Assembly (NCBI GenBank): GCA_016432325.1
Contig: CP066684.1
Location: forward strand, 32,001 to 96,000
DNA: 64,000 nt
Source: Candidatus Aenigmatarchaeota archaeon
GTDB taxonomy: Archaea > Aenigmatarchaeota > Aenigmatarchaeia > PWEA01 > JACQIF01
Direction: 5' to 3'
A program made the translations under genes and the position numbers. A model generated the notes under the pieces. The model saw nothing but the letters and a program-made list of their open reading frames with translations. It was not told where the DNA came from and searched no databases. This document shows positions 1 through 7,866 of this stretch, in pieces. How positions within the stretch are numbered: position 1 is the stretch's first letter; each line of letters begins with the position of its first letter.

Positions 1-434
1 AAGTCCGAGAGTTTCTGTCTCAGAGAGACGTCGAGATCCGAAACCGTGAGGTGCCTGTCTTTTCCTGTTTCAGCGTCTTTCCTCAGGTTGAGCATGTAGG
101 AAGGAATGTTGTAATTTGCCGGGTTGCGTACGATTTCTTCGAGCTTCTTTAGCTGGTCCTCTGTGAGCGTGCTGGTCTTTGTCAGCGGGTCCAATTCGGC
201 CACGAGGCATATCGCCTTTGCCAGCGAGAAGTTGACGCCTCTGATGGCGCGGAGCGCGTTGAAGATGCTTGCGTTTCCGTCGAGGTCTGTCGCCATGAGA
301 CGGACTATGTTGCGTTCGAGAGTCGGCTCGGGCTTGCCCTGTTCTTTCTTGAGGGCCTCGCGCGCCTTTTTCTCCTCTTCGCGGCGCTGCTCCTCGATCG
401 GGTCCTTCGTCGTCTTTCCTTTCAATCCGCCCAT
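1..434 (-). CDS. rps13: 30S ribosomal protein uS13 (5' part; runs off window start)
   Basis: Manual translation from ATG 434: charged extension, then RNIVRLMATDLDGN..ALRAIRGV..NIPSYMLNLRKDAETGKDRHL, typical of archaeal S13. Confidence 0.93.
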   Translation of the reverse strand, partial: MGGLKGKTTKDPIEEQRREEEKKAREALKKEQGKPEPTLERNIVRLMATDLDGNASIFNALRAIRGVNFSLAKAICLVAELDPLTKTSTLTEDQLKKLEEIVRNPANYNIPSYMLNLRKDAETGKDRHLTVSDLDVSLRQKLSD

Positions 435-480
435 TTTGACACCGATTCTTTTTCGCGTAAGCGTATTTTTGATGTTGGTT

Positions 481-698
481 TGGCGCTGGGGGTGAGATTA
501 TCAGCCCTACGCCTTGTGCAAAGCATCTCAGCAGTAGGGAATTCGAACTCACGCGGGCTTGCGCCCACCGGTTTTCTTGCCGTGTTTCTTTTGCACCCGT
601 ACTTTTCTTTTTGAAAGAAAAGCCCGGTTCAAGACCGGCGCAGTGAATCCCTAGCCGCACGCTTGCGCGCACGGGTTACCAGGCTTTGCTACCCCAGC
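481..698 (-). tRNA. tRNA-Ser(TGA) with three introns (D-loop ~645-676, anticodon 37/38 at 574-627, T-loop ~498-541); CCA encoded
   Basis: Acceptor GCTGGGG/CCCCAGC+G+CCA, D-stem GCA/TGC, anticodon stem CCGGT/ACCGG with CT-TGA-A, long variable arm GGGCGCAAGCCC, T-stem GTGAG/CTCAC; three self-folding inserts interrupt the cloverleaf. Confidence 0.9.
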
Positions 699-817
699 GT
701 ATTCTAACTGGGGTTCGGATGGCATTTAAACGTGTCTAAACGCCTCTCTGAAGCTTTCAGGCAAAGCATATAAGCTTGTCGCCAAGGCCAAAAACGGAGT
801 TTTCGCGGCTAAAAGCA

Positions 818-1537
818 CTATCCGAACAGCCTGAACGGCTTGGCCTCTTCGAAACCCGCCGCGCCGATGACGAACTGCGCTTGCGTTCCCTCAGGCAGCG
901 AGCGGTGCTTGCGCAGGACGGCGAGTCGCCTGCCCTTGTCGTCCAGTTTCAGCAGTTCTACGAGGCACTTCGACCAGTAGCGCGCGACGTCACGCGATAC
1001 GAGTTCTATCGTTCCGCGGTTGTCGAACTCGCTGTATATCTGGTTCGTTATCAGTATCGGGACGTTTGCGTCTCTCGCGAGCTTCGAGAGTATTGACAGC
1101 TGTTCAGACAGTTTCTTGTTGGCTTCCACGTGTCCGCCGTTACCCATCTCCAGCCTGTAAAGAGCGACCAGCGAGTCTATGACGACGAGCCCCGCGGCCT
1201 CCTTCTCCACGATCTTGTCCAGTTTCTTTACAAGCTCGCTCTGTTCCTTGAATGTCTTGGGTTCCATCATCAGAATCTTCTTGGAGACGCCCTCAAAATC
1301 GGCGCCGTTGCAAATCTGGGCGAGACGCTCGGGGCTGAACCCTCCTTCAGTGTCGATGAACACGACCTTCTTGCCCGCGCGCACGGCGGCTACAGCGGCA
1401 AGCAGCGCCACGTTCGTTTTTCCCGCGCCTGCGGGACCGAAGACGTTCGTCAACGACGCGTACTCTATGCCGCCGCCGAGTAGATCGTCCAGTGATTTCG
1501 CGCCCGTCGCGAGCCGAGGATTCGTGTATTCTGCCAT
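818..1537 (-). CDS. radB: DNA repair and recombination protein RadB
   Basis: 239 aa RecA-family ATPase, GPAGAGKT, no N-terminal HhH domain, C-terminal LRKHRS motif. Confidence 0.92.
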   Translation of the reverse strand: MAEYTNPRLATGAKSLDDLLGGGIEYASLTNVFGPAGAGKTNVALLAAVAAVRAGKKVVFIDTEGGFSPERLAQICNGADFEGVSKKILMMEPKTFKEQSELVKKLDKIVEKEAAGLVVIDSLVALYRLEMGNGGHVEANKKLSEQLSILSKLARDANVPILITNQIYSEFDNRGTIELVSRDVARYWSKCLVELLKLDDKGRRLAVLRKHRSLPEGTQAQFVIGAAGFEEAKPFRLFG

Positions 1538-1595
1538 AAGGAACGACGATATTTGCCGTCTCTACGTTAAGTAGTTAACGCCGACAGCGGTAACT

Positions 1596-1617
1596 TTGAA
1601 ACGGCGCGCCGTTTCAA
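1596..1617. repeat. 22-bp perfect palindrome TTGAAACGGCGCGCCGTTTCAA
   Basis: Self-complementary; overlaps the stop codon of the 59-aa ORF and lies upstream of radB. Confidence 0.85.
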
Positions 1618-1793
1618 GTAGTTTTCTTGCGCGGCAAAAACGCGAGTATCACGGAGAATCCGAGAAACACGACGCCCAGATACAGGCTCACAACGCCGCT
1701 GCCTCCTTGCAAGCGGTAGATGCCGGCGGCCAGCGTGACGATTACCATTGCGAGAGACAGGATGAACGGAACGTTGAGATTCTTGAGGAGCAT
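1614..1793 (-). CDS. small two-TM membrane protein (59 aa, not in ORF track)
   Basis: MLLKNLNVPFILSLAMVIVTLAAGIYRLQGGSGVVSLYLGVVFLGFSVILAFLPRKKTT; two hydrophobic helices, basic tail, TATA-like box upstream. Confidence 0.7.
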   Translation of the reverse strand: MLLKNLNVPFILSLAMVIVTLAAGIYRLQGGSGVVSLYLGVVFLGFSVILAFLPRKKTT

Positions 1794-1939
1794 GTATAAA
1801 ATCGGGCACGCGTATATTTAACCGACTCCCACAACATTCGTCTTTATATAGTTTTGTGTTTACTTACACACCAAAGAACCTTTTTGCGCAGGGAAACGCG
1901 CAGAATATTCGCAAAAGTACGCTTCCGCACGGTGTCCAC

Positions 1940-2293
1940 ATGAGAATAACAATCAAACGCAGCGGCAATCGCACGGCGGTGCTGGTGTCGTTCTCCGCGC
2001 ACTCCGAGCGCTTCGAGTCGAACTACGAGCGAAACCGCTTCTATTCGGGGCTGTATGGACGTGCGCAGCGCGTCAGGCACGGACGCGACGTCTACAACTA
2101 CCGCCGCGAAGGGCTGTTGGACGAGGTGCCCCATATAAAGGTAGACAGCTCAGTTTTTATTGTAGCTCTCCAAGAAATGGAAAGGATACTGCAGTACATG
2201 CGCGATTGGCAGCCGAAAATCGAATACAAGGCTTTCCAGGTTATGCTCGAACCGGACGAATTAAAGATGCTCGAGAAGGGTGCTGAAGAATGA
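1940..2293 (+). CDS. conserved archaeal hypothetical protein, possibly Cas2/VapD/PaaX-like ferredoxin fold
   Basis: GGTG SD 5 nt before ATG 1940; RNRFYSGLYG..YRREGLL..SVFIV pattern; ATGA overlap with cdc48. Confidence 0.6.
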   Translation: MRITIKRSGNRTAVLVSFSAHSERFESNYERNRFYSGLYGRAQRVRHGRDVYNYRREGLLDEVPHIKVDSSVFIVALQEMERILQYMRDWQPKIEYKAFQVMLEPDELKMLEKGAEE

Positions 2294-4566
2294 CTGTCAA
2301 GGAAGTGAGGCTCAAGGTTGAAGAGTTGACGAGCCGCGACGAGTACGGCCGCGGCATCGCGCGCCTCGACTCCAGGATAATACGCGAACTAGGCCTCAAG
2401 CAGGGCGACGTCATCGAGGTGGAGGGCAAGCGAAAAACGGCTGCGATAGCAGTCAGCCCCTATCCCGGCGACGTGGGCCTCGCTATCATACGCATCGACG
2501 GCCTCGTGCGCAAGAATTCGGGCGGCGTTTCGGTCGGAGAGTTCGTCAAGGTCCGCAAGGCCGAGATAAAGGACGCGAAGAAGGTGACGCTCGCCCCCGC
2601 GCAGAAGGGAATCATCCTTCACATGTCTCCGAACATACTGCGCAACAATCTCTTCATGCGGCCGCTGCTGAAGGGCGACATCATCGTTCCCACGTCCATC
2701 GTGTCGAGGCGCGGCAGCGACGAGTTCCTCGAATCGTTCTTCGGGCCCGGCTTTGACATAATGACTCCGTTCGGTTCCTTCGGCGCGGAGACGAAACTGG
2801 CGGTCGTGAAGACGAGTCCCGAGTCGACAGTACGTGTTACCGAGGAAACGGAAATCGAGCTGAAGCCGCAGGCCGTCGAGATAGAGGAGGTCCGCGTTCC
2901 GACCGTTACGTACGAAGACATAGGAGGCCTCCGCGAGGAGATTACGAAAGTCCGCGAGATGATAGAGCTGCCTCTCAAGCATCCGGAGCTTTTCGAGCGT
3001 CTGGGCGTCGAGCCTCCGAAAGGAATTCTCATGCACGGCCCGCCCGGAACGGGAAAGACACTCCTCGCGAAAGCAGTTGCTTCCGAAGCGGGCGCGCACT
3101 TCCTCTCGATTAACGGGCCCGAGATCGTTTCGAAATGGTATGGACAGTCAGAACAGAACCTGCGCAAGATATTCAAGGAGGCCGAGGAGAACGCGCCTGC
3201 GATAATCTTCATCGACGAGATAGACGCCATCGCGCCGAAGCGAGAGGAGGTCACGGGCGAGGTCGAGCGCCGCATGGTTTCGCAGCTTTTGACTCTGATG
3301 GATGGACTCGAAGCGCGAGGCAAGGTTATCGTTATAGCCGCGACGAATCGCGTGAATGCCGTAGACCCGGCGCTCAGGCGGCCCGGGCGTTTCGACCGCG
3401 AGATAGAGATAGGCGTGCCGGACAAGAGAGGCCGCAAGGAGATTCTGCAGATTCACACGAGGAACATGCCTCTCGAGAAGGAGGTCAGCGTGGACAAGGT
3501 GGCCGAAGGCACTTACGGATTTGTCGGCGCGGACCTGGCGGCCCTCTGCAAGGAAGCGGCCATGCAGGTTCTCAGGCGCGTACTTCCTGACGTGCAGGGT
3601 CTCGAGGAAGACAAGCCGATTCCGGAAGAGATTTTGAAGAAGCTCATCGTGATGAAGAAGGACTTCGATAAGGCGCTGAAGATGATACAGCCCAGCGCAA
3701 TGCGCGAAATAATGGTCGAAGTTCCGAAGGTTCACTGGTCCGACATAGGAGGCCTGGAAGAAGTAAAAGGACGTTTGAAGGAGGCGGTTGAATGGCCTCT
3801 GAAAAACCCGGATTCTTTCAAGAGACTTGGAATCCGCCCGCCGCGCGGGATACTGCTCTACGGTCCTCCGGGATGCGGCAAGACGCTCATCGCAAAGGCC
3901 GTTGCGACAGAGAGCGACGCCAACTTCATCTCGATAAAGGGTCCCCAGGTCCTGTCAAAGTGGGTAGGCGAATCGGAAAAGATGGTGCGCGAGGTCTTCA
4001 AGAAGGCGAGACAGGTAGCGCCGTGCGTGATATTCTTCGACGAGATAGACTCGATCGCGCCTGTGCGCGGCGCCTCTTCCGATTCGCACGTAGGCGAGCG
4101 CATAGTATCGCAGATGCTGACCGAGATGTCTGGGCTCGAGGAACTCAATGACGTGGTTGTTCTAGCAGCGACGAACAGACCGGACATAATAGACCCGGCG
4201 CTGTTGAGGCCGGGCCGCTTCGATACGCAGGTTCTCATACCCTCACCAGACGCAGAGTCGCGGCTGAAAGTTCTGGAAATTCACACCAAGAACATGCCGC
4301 TTGAAAGCGTGACGCTCAAAACGCTCTCTGACAAGCTCGACGGCTACAGCGGTGCGGACGTCGAAGCCGTCTGCCGCGAGGCCGCGCTGGCCGCGTTGAG
4401 AGAGAACATAGGCGCCAAGACTGTCAAGACCAAGCACTTCAATGCGGCGCTGAAAAACGTGAAACCGAGCCTGACCAAAGAAGTCGTCGAGTACTACTCG
4501 AAACTAGACATGCAGAAGAAGGCAGCGGCCGCGGTCGAGCAAGAGGCGACGAGGTATCTGGGTTGA
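2290..4566 (+). CDS. cdc48: CDC48/VAT AAA+ ATPase
   Basis: N-domain plus two AAA modules ([26 protein letters not shown]), C-terminal HbYX-like YLG. Confidence 0.97.
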   Translation: MTVKEVRLKVEELTSRDEYGRGIARLDSRIIRELGLKQGDVIEVEGKRKTAAIAVSPYPGDVGLAIIRIDGLVRKNSGGVSVGEFVKVRKAEIKDAKKVTLAPAQKGIILHMSPNILRNNLFMRPLLKGDIIVPTSIVSRRGSDEFLESFFGPGFDIMTPFGSFGAETKLAVVKTSPESTVRVTEETEIELKPQAVEIEEVRVPTVTYEDIGGLREEITKVREMIELPLKHPELFERLGVEPPKGILMHGPPGTGKTLLAKAVASEAGAHFLSINGPEIVSKWYGQSEQNLRKIFKEAEENAPAIIFIDEIDAIAPKREEVTGEVERRMVSQLLTLMDGLEARGKVIVIAATNRVNAVDPALRRPGRFDREIEIGVPDKRGRKEILQIHTRNMPLEKEVSVDKVAEGTYGFVGADLAALCKEAAMQVLRRVLPDVQGLEEDKPIPEEILKKLIVMKKDFDKALKMIQPSAMREIMVEVPKVHWSDIGGLEEVKGRLKEAVEWPLKNPDSFKRLGIRPPRGILLYGPPGCGKTLIAKAVATESDANFISIKGPQVLSKWVGESEKMVREVFKKARQVAPCVIFFDEIDSIAPVRGASSDSHVGERIVSQMLTEMSGLEELNDVVVLAATNRPDIIDPALLRPGRFDTQVLIPSPDAESRLKVLEIHTKNMPLESVTLKTLSDKLDGYSGADVEAVCREAALAALRENIGAKTVKTKHFNAALKNVKPSLTKEVVEYYSKLDMQKKAAAAVEQEATRYLG

Positions 4567-5174
4567 CGCTGAACTACAAGCTCGAGACCAAGAAGGCGTA
4601 CGACAGCTACGCTGAGACCTTCGACAAAAAGTTCAGCGCCTACGTTCCATACATAGAGAAAGAACAGAAAGTTTTCATGGAGAATCTTAAAGGCAAGAAG
4701 ATTCTTGACGTGGGTTGCGGGCCTGGAAACCATTCCCTGACGTTCAAGGCGAACGGCCTCGAGCCACTTTGCATAGACATCTCGGAGAAGATGGTCGAGT
4801 TGTGCAGGGCCAAGGGCCTCGACGCCCGCGTAATGGATTTCGAGAACCCCGCGCTGCCGGCGGGCCAATTTGACGGGCTGTGGATATACACGTCCCTGCT
4901 TCATATTCCGAAAGAAAAATTCCTGCCGGTTTTGAAGCATATTCTGCAGGCCCTAAAACACGATGGAGTCTTCCTGCTTGGGATGCGCGAAGGACCCTCG
5001 TCGGAGAGGTTTGTCAAGAATCCCAAGTACGGGGAGACATTGCGATACTTCGCTGATTATACGGAAGAAGAGCTCGCGAAGATTATGAGGGACAACTTCA
5101 GGATATTGTACAAATCGAAAACAGTGATGGACGCTGAGCACGTGTATCTGAATTATTTGTGCAAGACGGAGTAA
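4563..5174 (+). CDS. class I SAM-dependent methyltransferase
   Basis: ILDVGCGPG motif I; TTG start overlapping cdc48 stop. Confidence 0.85.
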   Translation: MTLNYKLETKKAYDSYAETFDKKFSAYVPYIEKEQKVFMENLKGKKILDVGCGPGNHSLTFKANGLEPLCIDISEKMVELCRAKGLDARVMDFENPALPAGQFDGLWIYTSLLHIPKEKFLPVLKHILQALKHDGVFLLGMREGPSSERFVKNPKYGETLRYFADYTEEELAKIMRDNFRILYKSKTVMDAEHVYLNYLCKTE

Positions 5175-5304
5175 AACGCATGTTGTGGGTTCTCCTCAGG
5201 AGGATTATCGCCCTCCGTCATAGGTATCCCGCCGCCGCGCCAGATGGCTAAACCATCGCATAATAGATGGCGATTTTGATATAAAAAGGCGTTCTTAATT
5301 CCGA

Positions 5305-6204
5305 CTAAGCCGTCACAACTTCCGGCTCCTTCCCCACGATAACAGTATGCTCGGCCTGCGCGACTGGCGCGTCCGACACTTCGCGCAGAGGCGGATATTC
5401 GTACAGCGAGCCGTTCTCCACAAGACCCTTTATGACGAGCGCGAGCTTGGCCGGCGTCACGTTGGCGTCACTGACGAGCCAGCGTTTCGCAAAAGGCAGG
5501 CGTGCGTAACGCTCACGCGCAATCTGCAGTATCTTCGTGCTCTCGGGCAGGCGCGTGTGGCGGTCCGATGTCCACCTGTATATTTGCGTGCCTGACGTTT
5601 CCTTTACCATTCCGACTCCTGTCGTGACGAACGGTTCTATCGCGAAGACGTCGCCTTCTTTCAGGACGTATGGAGATTTCGTTCCAATATTCGGTATCGC
5701 AGGAGCCGTATGGACCTCGTACTGGCCGACTCCGTGGCCTGTGAGGTTCACGACAGGATTGAAGCCGGCGTCCCGAATTGTTTTTTCTATTGCAGCAGAG
5801 ACGTCGCCTATCGTGTTTCCCGGAACCATGAGTTTGATGGCGTTTTGCAGGGCAAGCTCGGCCGCCGCCTTCAGCTTCCCGCCGAGTTCATTCTTCCCTA
5901 CAACCACCGTAACGGCCGTGTCAGAAACCCATCCGTCGACGTGCGCTCCGATGTCGAGTTTCACGACGTCCCCGTCTTTGAATACGCGCGTGTCGCCGTG
6001 CGACGGCAGGTCGTGCGCAGCGGTGTGATTGAATGAAACGTTGCAGGGGAACGCAGGCGCGGCTCCGAGTTCGCGTATCTTTTTCTCCACGGCCTCCGCG
6101 ACGTCGAGCGCACGCGCGCCTTCCTTGACAAGTTTCGCTCCGTAGTCTCTGGCTTCGGAGGCTATCTTTCCGGCCTTGCGCACGCTCTCTGTTTGCTCTG
6201 GCAT
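5305..6204 (-). CDS. map: type II methionine aminopeptidase
   Basis: AFPCNVS, KLDIGAHVDG, SDTAVT, NLTGH, AIEPF, AQAEHT metal ligands. Confidence 0.96.
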   Translation of the reverse strand: MPEQTESVRKAGKIASEARDYGAKLVKEGARALDVAEAVEKKIRELGAAPAFPCNVSFNHTAAHDLPSHGDTRVFKDGDVVKLDIGAHVDGWVSDTAVTVVVGKNELGGKLKAAAELALQNAIKLMVPGNTIGDVSAAIEKTIRDAGFNPVVNLTGHGVGQYEVHTAPAIPNIGTKSPYVLKEGDVFAIEPFVTTGVGMVKETSGTQIYRWTSDRHTRLPESTKILQIARERYARLPFAKRWLVSDANVTPAKLALVIKGLVENGSLYEYPPLREVSDAPVAQAEHTVIVGKEPEVVTA

Positions 6205-6243
6205 GTTATCGACCAGCGTAGCGGCGTCAAGAATATAAGAGCG

Positions 6244-6549
6244 TTACGATTTAATTTCATACTTCTTCCATCCCACCTCTCTCATCTGTCCGTTGGGAAG
6301 ACTGTGCGAGTCGCACCACGCGTCGTATTCTCTCTTGAGAAGAGGAAGGTCTCGTCCGTTGCCGTTACGGGCCTTTTCCTCGAGGCCTACGACGATCGCG
6401 TGCGCTTTGAAGCCGCACGCCATGACAAGATTGGCGAAGCTTTCGGAGTCATGCGATTTCATCTCGTCCAACGGACCGTACTCGGCCTCCAGTAGCTTGC
6501 AGTACTTGTCAAAGTCGTCTGTAACAAAGTCGCTATACACGTCTGCCAT
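6244..6549 (-). CDS. hypothetical protein
   Basis: 101 aa ATG ORF filling the gap; no recognisable motif. Confidence 0.55.
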   Translation of the reverse strand: MADVYSDFVTDDFDKYCKLLEAEYGPLDEMKSHDSESFANLVMACGFKAHAIVVGLEEKARNGNGRDLPLLKREYDAWCDSHSLPNGQMREVGWKKYEIKS

Positions 6550-6591
6550 ATAGCTCTGGAATTAAGGCGAGAAAGCATAAAAAGGGCTTTG

Positions 6592-6828
6592 TTACTCGTA
6601 GCCTATCGCGTGTTCGTTGTACGCCTCTGCAATCTTGAAGCCCGAGTAGCCGTTTATCGCGGCCGCTATCGCTATGGCAAGCGTACCAGAAACGGGTTCT
6701 GCGGGGAGAAGCACGCCGCCGATGGCTGCGAGAATCGTGCCTGTCGCGACGTTCGCCCCGTGCACGGGCACGTCGTGTGTTTGCGACCGCGAATACAGAG
6801 AGCGTTTGAGAGACGGAGTGTGGACCAT
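6592..6828 (-). CDS. hypothetical small membrane protein
   Basis: 78 aa with two Ala/Gly-rich hydrophobic segments. Confidence 0.5.
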   Translation of the reverse strand: MVHTPSLKRSLYSRSQTHDVPVHGANVATGTILAAIGGVLLPAEPVSGTLAIAIAAAINGYSGFKIAEAYNEHAIGYE

Positions 6829-6845
6829 GGCTACATTATGGCCGA

Positions 6846-7208
6846 TTAGAGATTTAAACGTGCTTTAGAGCCCCTTTTGAACAGTTTGCCCAGTCCGGGA
6901 CGCAGCTCCAGAACGTACGCGCACGCCGCGCACGGTTTGTATATCTTCCATGTCAGGGGGTTGAGCTTCCAAGGCGTCGCTTCCTGCACATCGACGACAA
7001 TCCCGTTTCTATCCACGAACACCAGATCCATCGGAACGCAGAAAGGCATCTCCACTCCCCATCGCGCTTCGCGCGGGAACACGAAGAGCATGCCGTCTCC
7101 GACGTCACGCCACGAACGAAACATCATCCCGCGCATCTGGGAGAGAATGTTAAACACGGCGCGAACGCGAAGAGTCCTGCCGTGAACCGTCACTGTCGTA
7201 TTTTTCAT
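6846..7208 (-). CDS. DUF192 family protein
   Basis: RGMMFR..GMLFVF..PMDLVFVD..YVLEL; start set at ATG 7208 overlapping HAD stop. Confidence 0.85.
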   Translation of the reverse strand: MKNTTVTVHGRTLRVRAVFNILSQMRGMMFRSWRDVGDGMLFVFPREARWGVEMPFCVPMDLVFVDRNGIVVDVQEATPWKLNPLTWKIYKPCAACAYVLELRPGLGKLFKRGSKARLNL

Positions 7209-7864
7209 CAGATCGCGACCTCTTGAGGCGCCTTCACGAACAGTTTGAGCAGTTCGGGGATACTTCCTACGAGCATCTCGGGGTTTGATGCCAGCAGGCC
7301 TTTCGAAGTCAGGTCCGCGAGCACGCCTATGAACAGCATCTCCGCCGCGTCCGCAGCTCCCTTGTCTCTCCACGAGTCGCCGACGTAGGCGCACTGGTCA
7401 GGACGGATGCGCATATCCTTCGCGGTCTTTAGAAGTATTTCGGGGTCGGGTTTCGGCCTGTGGATGTCCTCGGCGGTTACGATGTCGTCTATCAGATGCA
7501 TCGGCACCATCCTCTTCACTGGGCCGAGATATGAGCCGCTTGAGATGGCGACCTTAAAGCCGCGCTTCTTGAGCGCTTCGATAGTGCGTACGTTCTCGTG
7601 CGGTATGCTCTCTTTTGATATGAGTTTCATGTACTCGCGCATCTTGAAATCGCTTATCCTCTTCACCGTCTTGTCGTCTGCGGTCGGAAGGAGAGTTCTT
7701 ATTATCTGGTCCTGCGGCACGCCAAACAGGTCCACGAGGTCGCTTTCCTGCATATCATAGCCGAACTTCCTGAACGCAGTTCTGAAAGAGAGAAAATGCA
7801 AACGGTTCGTCTGGGGAGCGAACGTCCCGTCGAAGTCGAAGATTACCGCGCGTATGGTGTGCAT
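7208..7864 (-). CDS. HAD-superfamily phosphatase
   Basis: IFDFDGT, KPDP, YVGDS..D motifs; start set at ATG 7864. Confidence 0.9.
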   Translation of the reverse strand: MHTIRAVIFDFDGTFAPQTNRLHFLSFRTAFRKFGYDMQESDLVDLFGVPQDQIIRTLLPTADDKTVKRISDFKMREYMKLISKESIPHENVRTIEALKKRGFKVAISSGSYLGPVKRMVPMHLIDDIVTAEDIHRPKPDPEILLKTAKDMRIRPDQCAYVGDSWRDKGAADAAEMLFIGVLADLTSKGLLASNPEMLVGSIPELLKLFVKAPQEVAI

Positions 7865-7866
7865 GT

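Noticed and set aside
70-672. 200-aa minus-strand ORF in the track
   Set aside because: Runs through the tRNA-Ser gene and is out of frame with the real uS13 CDS.
481-698. Selenocysteine or opal-suppressor tRNA
   Set aside because: The anticodon is 5'-TGA (reads UCA, Ser), not TCA; the acceptor stem is a normal 7 bp.
818-1537. RadA
   Set aside because: Too short, lacks the N-terminal domain and has the RadB KHR motif.
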